Under the pieces are notes generated by a model that worked only from the letters and a program-made list of their open reading frames with translations, was not told the DNA's origin and searched no databases. A program made the position numbers and the translations under genes. From Gemmatimonadaceae bacterium (GTDB lineage Bacteria; Gemmatimonadota; Gemmatimonadetes; Gemmatimonadales; Gemmatimonadaceae), in the NCBI GenBank assembly GCA_035277145.1, contig DATELA010000057.1, positions 67 through 64,066 of the forward strand: a DNA stretch of 64,000 bases. Reading direction: 5' to 3'. Positions 18,824 to 28,033 of this stretch are shown here, in pieces (the first letter of the stretch is position 1; every line of letters begins with the position of its first letter).

Positions 18824-19981
18824 TTAGCGCGTAATCGTTCCCACGAGCAGGCGCACGGGAATTCCTCCGTTCCGCGATTGCCACGCTGGTTTGAGCGGCA
18901 GCGCCAGCTGGCGTTCCAACGTATGACCACGCGATCGATCCGCGGATAACACAGCGCACTGCCAACCTTCGAATCGCTCGCGCGCGACCCGACCGAATCG
19001 CGCGTACAAGTCGCGGAGTGCCGCGTTTTCGCCGACGCGAATTCCGAACGGCGGGTTTGTCACGAACAGGCCGGACTCGGCCGGTGCGTGCACCGCCGAT
19101 ACCGAACCGACCGTGAACGCGACGTCGTTCGCGACGCCGGCGCGTTCGGCGTTTGCGATAGCAGCGCCGATCGCGCCGGAGTCGCGATCGCTTCCAATGA
19201 GAGGCGAGTGTGCGTGCGGACGCACGTCGGTTTGCGCTCGCTCGCGAACTCGCTTCCACACCGCCGCGTTCGCTGACGGCCAGCGTTCGGCGGCGAACGA
19301 ACGCTGCAAGCCTGGCGCAATGCGCCGTGCCATCAACGCCGCTTCGATCACGATCGTGCCGGAGCCACACATCGGATCGCACAGCGGCGTGGCTGGATCC
19401 CATTTCGCGCCGAGGAGCATTGCCGCAGCGAGCGTTTCTCGCAAAGGCGCCTTCGCAACCGCGAGACGGTAACCGCGTTTGTGCAGATGCTCGCCCGACG
19501 CGTCGACGCTGATCGTGCACACGTCGCGAAACACGCGAACCACGAACAACTGCGCGTCGTCGTTTCCGTCATCGTCGACAGTGCCGTCGCGCGGCGCATC
19601 GTCGATCGTCACGCCCGTAACCGCGGCGACAACGGAATTGCCGAGGCGCTCGGCGACGGCATCGGAGTGATAGAGACGCGACTTCTTGCACGTGACGCGA
19701 AAGCGTACGCGACTGCCTTCGCGAACCCACCTGCTCCACGGGATTGCGCGCGCACGCTTTTCGAGTTGCGGAAAGCCTGTCGCGCGGAATTCGACGATGC
19801 GCACCAGAACGCGACTGGCGGTGCGCAGATGTACCAGTGATGACGCGAGCGTTTCGTCGGTATGTGCAAACGCAACGCCGCCGGGTTCCGTCGTCGCGTC
19901 AGCTACGCCGATGTCGCGGAGTTCGGCTGCGGCGAGCGGTTCGAGTCCGGGCGCGACGACCGCGAACGCAGTGCGTGCCAC
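18824..19981 (-). CDS. THUMP-domain class I SAM-dependent RNA methyltransferase (RlmL/COG0116-like)
   Basis: N-terminal FAVVAPGLEPLAAAEL (THUMP-type), SAM motif DPMCGSGTI and catalytic NPPFG. Confidence 0.8.
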   Translation of the reverse strand: MARTAFAVVAPGLEPLAAAELRDIGVADATTEPGGVAFAHTDETLASSLVHLRTASRVLVRIVEFRATGFPQLEKRARAIPWSRWVREGSRVRFRVTCKKSRLYHSDAVAERLGNSVVAAVTGVTIDDAPRDGTVDDDGNDDAQLFVVRVFRDVCTISVDASGEHLHKRGYRLAVAKAPLRETLAAAMLLGAKWDPATPLCDPMCGSGTIVIEAALMARRIAPGLQRSFAAERWPSANAAVWKRVRERAQTDVRPHAHSPLIGSDRDSGAIGAAIANAERAGVANDVAFTVGSVSAVHAPAESGLFVTNPPFGIRVGENAALRDLYARFGRVARERFEGWQCAVLSADRSRGHTLERQLALPLKPAWQSRNGGIPVRLLVGTITR

Positions 19982-20553
19982 GCGCGATAACCTAGCAGCG
20001 CGGCGAAGATCAGCGCGTACAGCGCGGGCTCACGAATGTCGCGCTTGACCGACATCCAATAGTGAATGACACCAAGAACGGCGGCAACGTAGATGAGCCG
20101 GTGCAGCGCGACCCATTTCTTGCCGAGCCGCCGAATCGACGCAGTCGTTGACGTCACCGCGAGTGCGACGAGCATCAGAAACGCGGTCATGCCGATGATG
20201 ATGTACCACCGCTTGGTCAGGTCTTCGATGAGAATTGACCAATCGATCTGCACGTCGATCAGCGCGTACGTCAGGAGATGCAAACACGCGTACGTGAACG
20301 CGATCAATCCAAAGCGGCGCCGGTATTTCTGCAGCCAGTTCCAGCCGGTGATGCGGCGCGCGGGTGTGATCGCGAGTGTCGCAATGAGAAAGCGCAGCAC
20401 CCAGTCGCCGTAGTAGTGCTCGAGTTCTTTGACCGGTTCCGCGCTGAGGTACATCGTGCCGCGCTTGATGTCCGACCACAACGCGAAAACGCCCCACGCG
20501 GCGGGGACGAGCGAAACGCAAATGACCGACCATGCCAGCCAGCGCGACTGCAC
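19903..20553 (-). CDS. msrQ: protein-methionine-sulfoxide reductase heme-binding subunit
   Basis: 216 aa with 5-6 TM segments and a ferric-reductase-like pattern with conserved His (CLHLLTY, GVIHYW), immediately downstream of msrP. The 3' tail overlaps the next gene by 79 nt. Confidence 0.8.
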   Translation of the reverse strand: MQSRWLAWSVICVSLVPAAWGVFALWSDIKRGTMYLSAEPVKELEHYYGDWVLRFLIATLAITPARRITGWNWLQKYRRRFGLIAFTYACLHLLTYALIDVQIDWSILIEDLTKRWYIIIGMTAFLMLVALAVTSTTASIRRLGKKWVALHRLIYVAAVLGVIHYWMSVKRDIREPALYALIFAALLGYRAWHALRSRSSRPDSNRSPQPNSATSA

Positions 20554-20582
20554 CCACGGCCGCGCCGGCGCCGTCGCAGCGC

Positions 20583-21503
20583 TCAGTAGAAGCGCCGCAG
20601 GTCCATGCCGCTGTACAGCGACGCGACCTGATCCGCGTATCCATTGAACATCAGCGTCGGCCGCCGATTGAATTCACCGACGCGCCGCTCCGATGCCTGG
20701 CTCCACCGCGGGTGGTCGACCTGCGGATTCACGTTTGCGTAGAAGCCGTACTCGTGCGCGTTCGCACGAACCCACGCCGTGACCGGTTGCTCTGCCGTGA
20801 GACGAATGCGCACGATCGACTTGCCGCCCTTGAAGCCGTACTTCCACGGCGTCACCAAGCGAATCGGCGCGCCGTTCTGCGGCAGCAGCGGCTTGTTGTA
20901 CAAACCAGTCGCAAGAATCGCGAGCGGGTGCATCGCTTCGTCGAGGCGAAGCCCTTCGATGTACGGCCAATGCAACGTCGGGAATTTCTGTTCCGGCATT
21001 TGCTCGGGATCGAGCAAGGTTGTGAACTCGACGTACTGCGCACCCGCGGTCGGCTCCGCTCGCTTGATCACATCCGCCAACGGAATCCCGTTCCACGGAA
21101 TGATCATCGACCACGCTTCGACGCAGCGCATGCGATACACGCGCTCCTGCACCGTCGACGGTTTGATGAAGTCTTCGAGTGCGTAATCGCCGGGTTTCTT
21201 GACGAGCCCGTCGACTTTGATCGTCCACGGCTTCGTGCGGAAGTTGCGCGCGTTTTGCGCCGGATCTTCCTTGCCCGTGCCGAACTCGTAAAAGTTGTTG
21301 TACGTGGTGACGCGCTCGAACGACGTCGGCTCTTCTTTCTGCTGCGCCGCACCCGCGCGCGAAGCCGCGAGCAATCCCGCGCCAACCGCGGACAATCCAA
21401 TCCCCGTGAGTCCCGCAGCTTTCAGGAACTCGCGTCGGTTCGCGTACGCATGCTCCGGCGTGATTTCGGACGACGGAATCTCACCACCGCGCTTGATGAT
21501 CAT
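20583..21503 (-). CDS. msrP: protein-methionine-sulfoxide reductase catalytic (molybdopterin) subunit
   Basis: Tat signal [15 protein letters not shown]. Sulfite-oxidase-fold blocks [13 protein letters not shown] and [16 protein letters not shown] are typical of YedY/MsrP. Confidence 0.85.
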   Translation of the reverse strand: MIIKRGGEIPSSEITPEHAYANRREFLKAAGLTGIGLSAVGAGLLAASRAGAAQQKEEPTSFERVTTYNNFYEFGTGKEDPAQNARNFRTKPWTIKVDGLVKKPGDYALEDFIKPSTVQERVYRMRCVEAWSMIIPWNGIPLADVIKRAEPTAGAQYVEFTTLLDPEQMPEQKFPTLHWPYIEGLRLDEAMHPLAILATGLYNKPLLPQNGAPIRLVTPWKYGFKGGKSIVRIRLTAEQPVTAWVRANAHEYGFYANVNPQVDHPRWSQASERRVGEFNRRPTLMFNGYADQVASLYSGMDLRRFY

Positions 21504-21594
21504 CGTGTGCTCCTCGTCGTGTCGTCACTGCGACACGTGGTTCCAATACAACGGTGCCCACCGAAGCTACGCACAATGCCCGCGTGGCGCTCGG

Positions 21595-22098
21595 CTACGC
21601 TTTCACCAGACTACGGTGCCATGTGTCGCGCGCCAGCCGTTCAAATCCGGTTCGCCACGCATCCGCCGTTTCGACAGTGGTGTCGAAGACGTGTGTCTCC
21701 GCCGTAATACGACCTTCTGCGCTCAGCGCCACGAACCGCGCGCGCGGCGCGGTTTCGATTGCGCCGGCGGCATCGCGCCAATACACGCGACCTGCGGGTA
21801 ACAGCGACGCGCCGACCGTGGGTTGTAAACGTTGCAGCGTGCGAAACATACCGTCGATCGAACAACCCGACGCGCCTGCAGTCGACTGATCAACACCAAT
21901 CGCGAGAAAACGCGAATCACGCCAATCGCGCGCGCACCGCAAGGTGTGGCCGTGCGCGTTCCACTGCGCGAGGAACGCATCCACCTCATCGAGCAACGCG
22001 CGACTCCCGGCGTCGTCGAGCGGCCGGTCCGACGCAAACACCCAGACACGCGCATCCGCTGGGAGTGAATCAAATGCAACCGCTGGCATGCGCCGCAA
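21595..22098 (-). CDS. conserved hypothetical protein
   Basis: 167-aa ORF with high third-position GC, packed 1 nt from the next gene. No family recognised (contains WNAHGH and SGCSIDG). Confidence 0.5.
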   Translation of the reverse strand: MRRMPAVAFDSLPADARVWVFASDRPLDDAGSRALLDEVDAFLAQWNAHGHTLRCARDWRDSRFLAIGVDQSTAGASGCSIDGMFRTLQRLQPTVGASLLPAGRVYWRDAAGAIETAPRARFVALSAEGRITAETHVFDTTVETADAWRTGFERLARDTWHRSLVKA

Positions 22099-22099
22099 T

Positions 22100-23005
22100 C
22101 TATCGCGAGTCTGTCTCGTAGCGGCTCATTTCGTGGCGCAGCGCGCCGTCGAGCAGTGGCTCATCAAACACGAAGCCGGCGCGCGTGAGTGCATCCGGGC
22201 TGCAGCGTTGGCTCGCCAGCAGCGTCTCCTTCGCCATTTGTCCGTACAACAGCACGAGCGCAAGACGCGGAACGGGAAATGCCGCAGGCCGGCGAAGGAC
22301 CGCGCCAAACGTCTTGGCGAATTCCGCGTTCGTCACGGGGTTCGGCGTGACCACGTTCACGGGACCACGAATCGATGATTTGATCGCAAAGCGAATCGCG
22401 CGCACCGCGTCGTGCAGCGATATCCAACTCATCCACTGCCGCCCGTCGGCCACGCGCCCGCCGATGCCGAGTCGAAAGAAGGGAAGCATCTTCGCGATCG
22501 CGCCGCCACGCCGCGCGAGCACCACACCGGATCGCATGTGCACCACGCGCACACCGACGCCGCTCGCGAGCTCGGTCGCCTCCTCCCACTCGCGCGCAAT
22601 CACCGCAAGCAAGCCCTCGCCCGGTACGCTCGTTTCGGCGAGCACTTCGTCACCGCGGTCACCATAAATGCCGATCGCTGACGCGCTCACGAGGACCGGC
22701 GGAGGTCGCATCGCGTTTGCGATAGCGCGCGCGACCGCGAGTGTGCCTCGCGTGCGACTTTCGCGAATCTCGCGGCGCCGTTGTCGCGTCCAGCGTTTCG
22801 CGAGCGTTGCACCCGCGAGATGAACGACCGCGGCCGCACCTTCGAACACCGCCGGATCGATGTCGTCCCGCAACGCGTCCCACGTAACATCCGCGTTTGG
22901 TCCGCGGCCAAGTCGCGTTACGGGAATTCCCGCAGTCGCGAGCACGCGCGTCAGCGCGCGGCCGACCATTCCGCTCGCTCCTGTGATGACAATTCGGCCG
23001 GGCAC
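22100..23005 (-). CDS. TIGR01777/YfcH-type NAD-dependent epimerase family protein
   Basis: Rossmann motif ITGASGMVGRAL and a DUF1731-like C-terminus. The GTG start at 23005 lies 10 nt after the alkA-like stop. The listed start at 23056 would overlap by 41 nt. Confidence 0.75.
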   Translation of the reverse strand: MPGRIVITGASGMVGRALTRVLATAGIPVTRLGRGPNADVTWDALRDDIDPAVFEGAAAVVHLAGATLAKRWTRQRRREIRESRTRGTLAVARAIANAMRPPPVLVSASAIGIYGDRGDEVLAETSVPGEGLLAVIAREWEEATELASGVGVRVVHMRSGVVLARRGGAIAKMLPFFRLGIGGRVADGRQWMSWISLHDAVRAIRFAIKSSIRGPVNVVTPNPVTNAEFAKTFGAVLRRPAAFPVPRLALVLLYGQMAKETLLASQRCSPDALTRAGFVFDEPLLDGALRHEMSRYETDSR

Positions 23006-23015
23006 CGCGCGCGCG

Positions 23016-23621
23016 TCAGGCGTTGTCGAGACTCCTCCACAAGTACCACGAAGCAATTGAACGATACGGCGCCCACGGCGCGCCGATCTTTCGTACGCGT
23101 TCCGGCGTCGGCATTCGACGCAATCCGTACGCGCGCATCACCGCTTTCTGAATTCCAAGATCGCCATCTGGAAGCACGTCCGGCCGCGTCAGTCGGAACA
23201 TCATGAAAACTTGCGCGGTCCACCGGCCGATGCCCTTCACGCCCGTGAGCGCCTCAATAATCCGCTCGTCGCTCAATCGTCCGAGTTTCGCCGTCGGCAG
23301 ACGGCCGTCGTCCACGTGTTCGGCGAGATCGCGCAGGTATTTCGCTTTCTGCGTCGAGATGCCGACCGACCGCAGCGTGTCGCTATTCGTTGCGAGCATC
23401 TCTTTCGGAGTCGGCGGTCGATCGCCGTACAATCCGTGCAAGCGACCGAGAATCGTGGAGGCCGCCTTGCCCGACAATTGCTGAAATACGATCGCGCGCG
23501 TGAGCGCGGCGAAATGCGAACCGGGTGCGCGCTGCATGAAACTGCACGGCCCGACAGCCTTGATCATGCGCGCCATCACGGGATCTGCCTTGCGCAGATG
23601 CCGGAGTGCTTCTTCGACCAT
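23016..23621 (-). CDS. HhH-GPD DNA glycosylase (3-methyladenine glycosylase II-like)
   Basis: Helix-hairpin-helix LTGVKGIGRWTAQVFMMF followed by PDGDLGIQKAV (catalytic Asp region). 201 aa. Confidence 0.75.
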   Translation of the reverse strand: MVEEALRHLRKADPVMARMIKAVGPCSFMQRAPGSHFAALTRAIVFQQLSGKAASTILGRLHGLYGDRPPTPKEMLATNSDTLRSVGISTQKAKYLRDLAEHVDDGRLPTAKLGRLSDERIIEALTGVKGIGRWTAQVFMMFRLTRPDVLPDGDLGIQKAVMRAYGLRRMPTPERVRKIGAPWAPYRSIASWYLWRSLDNA

Positions 23622-23654
23622 GCGCCAACGCTAGCCAGCGTGGCGCCGCCGTGT

Positions 23655-23849
23655 CTACGCCCGGCGCGGTCCTGCGTCGCGTCCGGTCAGGCGCGCGGCG
23701 ATCACGCTCAGGACTTCGCGCGTGTCGTAGTACCCGCTGAGCAGCCGCCATCGATACCACGAAACGGCAATCGCGTCGAGCGCGCGCGGTGTCGGCGACA
23801 TCGGCGGCACTGCGCGGCGGGGCGTGCTATCTCCTGCGCCGTCAGACAT
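23655..23849 (-). CDS. candidate small ORF (64 aa), function unknown
   Basis: ATG at 23849 preceded by GGGAAGG with a 9-nt spacer. Third-codon positions are mostly G/C. Not in any family I can name; the C-terminal SGYYDTREVLSVIAARL only loosely recalls FlgM. Confidence 0.25.
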   Translation of the reverse strand: MSDGAGDSTPRRAVPPMSPTPRALDAIAVSWYRWRLLSGYYDTREVLSVIAARLTGRDAGPRRA

Positions 23850-23962
23850 AAGAACGAGCCTTCCCATAGGTACGGATGGTATCGGCCCCGGTACCACCAA
23901 CCTTAAGTCCGCCCTTCTTACTTCCCACTTCTGCCTTCTGCCCTCCGCCGTAGTATTAGCCC

Positions 23963-25357
23963 GTGGCCAACATCCTTTGTGTTGACGACGATCCGGCGCT
24001 GCTCACGCTCCTCCGAAAAGCGTTGGAGCGTCTCGGCCACGCAGCAGTCGAGGCTGGTGGGGTCCCGGCGGCGCTGACGGCCCTCGCAAATCAGCCGATC
24101 GACCTCGTCGTTTCGGACTACAACATGCCCGGCGCAACGGGCATCGATTTGCTCGAAGTCATGCGCCAGCAAGGATATGACGCGCCGCTGATCATGCTGA
24201 CCGGACACGCCAGCATCGAGCACGCGGTCGCGGCGATCAAAGCCGGCGCGGTCGACTACCTCACGAAGCCGTTCCGCCCACAGCAACTCGAATTGGCCGT
24301 TACCGCGGGGCTCGAAGTTGCGCGCCTTCGCCGCGAGAACGCCGCCCTCAAGCGTGAAGTCACCGCGCTCCGCGGCTCGCGAAAGATCCTCGGCGAAAGC
24401 GTCGGCATTCGTCGCGCGCTCGAGACGGCCGCCACAGCCGCGCCAACGCGCGCCGCGATTTTGTTGCAAGGCGAATCGGGCACGGGCAAAGAACTCATCG
24501 CGCGAGCGATACACGACTGGAGCGATCGCCGCGATCGGCCGTTTATTCAACTCAATTGCGCCGCGCTCCCGGAGGGATTGATCGAGAGCGCGCTCTTCGG
24601 GCACGAAAAAGGCGCATTCACGGGCGCGATCCGTCGCGTCGAAGGTGCGTTCGAGCGCGCGCACGGGGGCACGCTGCTGCTCGACGAAATCTCCGAGATG
24701 CGGCTCGACCTTCAGGCGAAATTGCTGCGCGTGCTGCAGGAGCAGGAATTCGAGCGCGTGGGCGGCACTGTGCCGATTTCAGTCGATGTTCGCGTGATCG
24801 CGACGACGAATCGTGATCTCTCTGCGGAGGCAGCGGCGGGGACATTCAGACAGGATCTCTACTACCGCATCGCTGTCATTCCGCTCAGCGTGCCGCCGCT
24901 CCGTGAGCGCCGGGACGACATTCCACGGCTGGCCATGCACTTCGCGCAACGCGCCGCGGAGCAAACCAACCGTACCGTGCGTGGGTTCACGCCGGATGCA
25001 ATTGCGTGGTTACAGTCGCGTGAGTGGCCGGGCAACGTGCGCGAATTGCAGCACGCCGTAGAGCGAGCCGTGATTCTCACGCGCGACGAAGAAATCTCGA
25101 GCGAAGCGTTCGACCCGCGCCGGTTTAGTTTGACTGCCGCCGCGGCGAAGGTCTCGCGGGCTTCCGGTGACGACGGTGTTCTCCTTGCTTCACTGCGCCT
25201 GGATGATGCTGAGCGCGTGCTGATCGATCGCGCGTTGCAGGCCACCAAAGGGAACCGCACCAAGGCGGCGAAGTTGCTCGGAATTGGCGTGCGTACGCTA
25301 CGCACCAAGCTCAATTCGGCCGCAACCGGCGATGGTGCCGAAGCGGAAACGGCATGA
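23963..25357 (+). CDS. sigma-54-dependent response regulator (NtrC family)
   Basis: REC domain ([14 protein letters not shown]), AAA+ domain with Walker A GESGTGKE and the sigma-54 contact loop GAFTGA, and a C-terminal Fis-type HTH ([20 protein letters not shown]). Confidence 0.9.
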   Translation: MANILCVDDDPALLTLLRKALERLGHAAVEAGGVPAALTALANQPIDLVVSDYNMPGATGIDLLEVMRQQGYDAPLIMLTGHASIEHAVAAIKAGAVDYLTKPFRPQQLELAVTAGLEVARLRRENAALKREVTALRGSRKILGESVGIRRALETAATAAPTRAAILLQGESGTGKELIARAIHDWSDRRDRPFIQLNCAALPEGLIESALFGHEKGAFTGAIRRVEGAFERAHGGTLLLDEISEMRLDLQAKLLRVLQEQEFERVGGTVPISVDVRVIATTNRDLSAEAAAGTFRQDLYYRIAVIPLSVPPLRERRDDIPRLAMHFAQRAAEQTNRTVRGFTPDAIAWLQSREWPGNVRELQHAVERAVILTRDEEISSEAFDPRRFSLTAAAAKVSRASGDDGVLLASLRLDDAERVLIDRALQATKGNRTKAAKLLGIGVRTLRTKLNSAATGDGAEAETA

Positions 25358-25452
25358 TCAGCTAGGATAAAACGGCCTACCGGCAAAAACAGCCTAGTGC
25401 AGACCGGCCCTTCCGCGGCCTGGAAATGAGCTGAGGTATTAGCCGTAAAACC

Positions 25453-25481
25453 ATGCTGTATAACCATTTGCGTATGCTGTA
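25453..25481. promoter_or_regulatory. direct repeat ATGCTGTA x2 with 21-bp period
   Basis: Read directly at 25453-25460 and 25474-25481, in the AT-richer spacer between the NtrC-like gene and fliA. Confidence 0.5.
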
Positions 25482-25486
25482 GCCGG

Positions 25487-25506
25487 TCGCTGAGCGCGCG
25501 CAGCGA
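25487..25506. promoter_or_regulatory. 18/20 palindrome TCGCTGAGCGCGCGCAGCGA
   Basis: Read directly. It lies 3 nt upstream of the candidate -24 element. Confidence 0.5.
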
Positions 25507-25509
25507 GTC

Positions 25510-25524
25510 TGGCCCGAGGCCTGC
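25510..25524 (+). promoter_or_regulatory. candidate sigma-54 (-24/-12) promoter TGGCCCGAGGCCTGC
   Basis: Matches TGGCACG-N4-TTGC at the GG and GC dinucleotides with correct spacing, with 9 of the 11 specified positions identical. Sits just upstream of fliA and next to a sigma-54 activator gene. Confidence 0.35.
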
Positions 25525-25530
25525 CTTTAT

Positions 25531-26289
25531 GTGGCGGCGACTCCAGCCACGACCGCCATGCCTCGCAAGATTCGCCGACCCGATGCCGCGCGCGACCAGC
25601 TGCTCAAGGACCACTACGCGCTCGTGCACCACGTCGCACATAAGCTCAGCCGCAAACTCTCCACCGAAGCCTCGTACGACGATCTCGTGAGCGCCGGCAG
25701 CGTCGGCCTCATCAACGCGGCCGAGAACTTCGATGACTCACGCGGCATCGCGTTCAGCACGTTCGCCGTTCCGCGCATCCGCGGCGCAATCCTCGACGAC
25801 CTCCGCGCTCAGGATCGCGCATCTCGTTCGCTGCGCCCGAAGGCGCGCTCACTCAACGCAGCGCGCGAAGCAGTTGCCCAGCGCACCTGCGGCACGCCGA
25901 CCACCCGCGATGTCGCCGCGCAGCTCGGCGTGAATGTCGAAACGATTTGGGAGTGGGATTCGCAGATCGATGCCGCACGCACCGCGTCAATCGATCAGCC
26001 GAGTGCATCGGACGACGAAGGCCTTTCGCCGTGGCAGTTCGCGTCGCAAGACGAGTCGATGGATGAAGCGGTTGCCCGTGAGAGTGCGGCAGAAACCGTT
26101 CGCGCCGCGCTCGAGGCGTTGCCGCCCCGCGAACGTCAGGTGCTGGCGCTGTACTACTACGAAGAACTGACCCAGGCGCAGATCGCGCAGGTGCTCGGCG
26201 TTACCGAATCACGTGTCTCTCAGCTTCGCTCGCAGGCGCTCGCGCGGCTCCGCCGCAACGAGCCGCTGCGTCAAGCGAACGTCGCGTAA
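25531..26289 (+). CDS. fliA: FliA/WhiG-family RNA polymerase sigma factor (sigma-28)
   Basis: Region 2 (DDLVSAGSVGLINAAENFD...FSTFAVPRIRGAILDDLR) and region 4 (YYYEELTQAQIAQVLGVTESRVSQLRSQALARLR). The start may instead be ATG 25558 if the sigma-54 promoter is real. Confidence 0.85.
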   Translation: MAATPATTAMPRKIRRPDAARDQLLKDHYALVHHVAHKLSRKLSTEASYDDLVSAGSVGLINAAENFDDSRGIAFSTFAVPRIRGAILDDLRAQDRASRSLRPKARSLNAAREAVAQRTCGTPTTRDVAAQLGVNVETIWEWDSQIDAARTASIDQPSASDDEGLSPWQFASQDESMDEAVARESAAETVRAALEALPPRERQVLALYYYEELTQAQIAQVLGVTESRVSQLRSQALARLRRNEPLRQANVA

Positions 26290-26296
26290 CGCTGGG

Positions 26297-26803
26297 TTAT
26301 TGAGCCGCAGCGCGCGCATCGCGTTGCGTTGCGACGTGCGCTGATACCGCGACCGCGATCGCGAGCAGCAGCACGCGCACCCACGTCGTGCTGATGGCGA
26401 AAACGACCGTCGCGCCGATCGTGCCCCACAGCACGGCCAGCGAGCCGATCTTCACGGCGCGCGGAATGCCGCGGCCCGACCGGTAGTCGAGGAGATACGA
26501 GCCGAACCAGCGGTTGTGGTACATCCAATGGTGCAACCGCGGCGAACTCTTGCCGAAGCACCACGCCGCCAGCAGCAGGAAGCACGTCGTCGGCAGCAGC
26601 GGCACGAACATGCCAATCACGCCCGTCGCGAGCGACACGCTGCCAACGCCAATGAGCACATACCGACGAATGCCGCGCGCCTGCGCGTCAGGCGTCGGAC
26701 CTGCGAGTGCGGCTTTCACCGGTTCGGCGGGGCACGCCGGATTTCCTGGTGCCGAAGCGCGAATCAAATCCTCAGACATGCGACGCGGAAAATAGCCCGG
26801 CAC
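26297..26803 (-). CDS. DUF454/YbaN-family inner-membrane protein
   Basis: GMFVPLLPTTCFLLLAAWCFGKSSPRLHHWM is the hallmark YbaN block, followed by two further TM segments. Confidence 0.75.
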   Translation of the reverse strand: MPGYFPRRMSEDLIRASAPGNPACPAEPVKAALAGPTPDAQARGIRRYVLIGVGSVSLATGVIGMFVPLLPTTCFLLLAAWCFGKSSPRLHHWMYHNRWFGSYLLDYRSGRGIPRAVKIGSLAVLWGTIGATVVFAISTTWVRVLLLAIAVAVSAHVATQRDARAAAQ

Positions 26804-26861
26804 ATCGCGCCGCGCAGTCCGCGCGGCACCGGAGAGCGAGCGTTAACTTGCTCGCGCCCGC

Positions 26862-28031
26862 ATGGCGTCCTACGCGACTGATCGCTACCTGCCTGGATTC
26901 GAGCCCGAAACGGCTTCCGGCAGCACCACCTCGACGGGGGTGCTCCCGCACCAGGAAATCGAGGCGCTGATCGCCGCGCGGCGCATTCGTGCCGACGAGC
27001 CGATTACACCCGATCAGGTTCAGCCGGCGAGCTTCGATGTTCGCCTCGGCGCAAAGTGTTATCGCATCCGCACCAGCTTTCTTCCGGGCAAGACGCAGCG
27101 CGTCGCGACCAAGCTCGCCGACCTCACAATGCACGAGCTCGATTTGTCAGAGCCGACAGTGCTCGAGCGCGGCTGTGTGTATCTCGTCGAAGCGATGGAA
27201 GAGGTGCACCTCAGTGCGGACGTCTCGGCGCGAGCCAATCCAAAAAGCACCACCGGGCGCCTCGACATTTTCACGCGCTTGATCACGGACCACTCCGACC
27301 GCTTCGATCGCGTCGAGCGTGGATACCGCGGAAAGCTTTACGTCGAGGTTTCGCCGCGCACGTTCAGCGTGCGGCTGCAGGCAGGTATCAGGCTCAATCA
27401 GATTCGATTCACACGCGGGCAGCCGCTGCCTGCCGACACGCACGTGCACGCGCTGCACAGTGAACACACGTTGTTGTACGACGCCAAGTCACGACCACTT
27501 GCGCCCGAAGTGCTCGAAGGTGGGTTGTGGTTGCGCATCGACCTCGCCGGCGACGCCGATGGCGACATTGTGGGATACCGCGCGCGACGCGACGCGCCGG
27601 TCGTCGATGTAACGAAGATTCGTCACCACCCGCGTGAGGAATACTGGGAACCCATTCTCGCGGGCAAGTCGCGCAGCCTCGTGCTCTCGCCGGACGAGTT
27701 CTACATCCTGGTAACCGCGGAGCGTGTTCGCGTCCCGTTGTCGTACGCGGCGGAGCTGGTTCCGATCGAACCGGATGTCGGCGAGTTTCGCATCCACTAT
27801 GCCGGCTTCTTCGATCCGGGGTTTGGATACGGGCTTCGCGGCGAGGTGAAGGGCACACCGGGCGTGCTCGAAGTTCGCTCTCACGAAGTGCCATTCCTGC
27901 TCGAGCACGAGCAGAAAGTTGGCCGCCTCGTATACGAGCGATTGAGCCGCGGCGTGGAACGCTCGTACGGCGGCGATGTCGGCTCATCGTATCACGCGCA
28001 GCGTCTCGCGCTGGCGAAGCAGTTTCGCTGA
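26862..28031 (+). CDS. dcd: 2'-deoxycytidine 5'-triphosphate deaminase, long form
   Basis: 389 aa. N-terminal GVLPHQEIEALI...ITPDQVQPASFDVRLG...RIRTSFLPG matches the long Dcd family of the dUTPase superfamily. It is followed 2 nt later by dut. Confidence 0.75.
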   Translation: MASYATDRYLPGFEPETASGSTTSTGVLPHQEIEALIAARRIRADEPITPDQVQPASFDVRLGAKCYRIRTSFLPGKTQRVATKLADLTMHELDLSEPTVLERGCVYLVEAMEEVHLSADVSARANPKSTTGRLDIFTRLITDHSDRFDRVERGYRGKLYVEVSPRTFSVRLQAGIRLNQIRFTRGQPLPADTHVHALHSEHTLLYDAKSRPLAPEVLEGGLWLRIDLAGDADGDIVGYRARRDAPVVDVTKIRHHPREEYWEPILAGKSRSLVLSPDEFYILVTAERVRVPLSYAAELVPIEPDVGEFRIHYAGFFDPGFGYGLRGEVKGTPGVLEVRSHEVPFLLEHEQKVGRLVYERLSRGVERSYGGDVGSSYHAQRLALAKQFR

Positions 28032-28033
28032 GC

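Noticed and set aside
20532-21707. 391-aa plus-strand ORF antisense to msrP. Similar long shadow ORFs occur at 30305-31696, 45023-46207, 38188-39258, 39349-40500 and 16116-17105
   Set aside because: Each lies opposite to, or out of frame with, a gene that has strong family motifs. None shows a domain signature.
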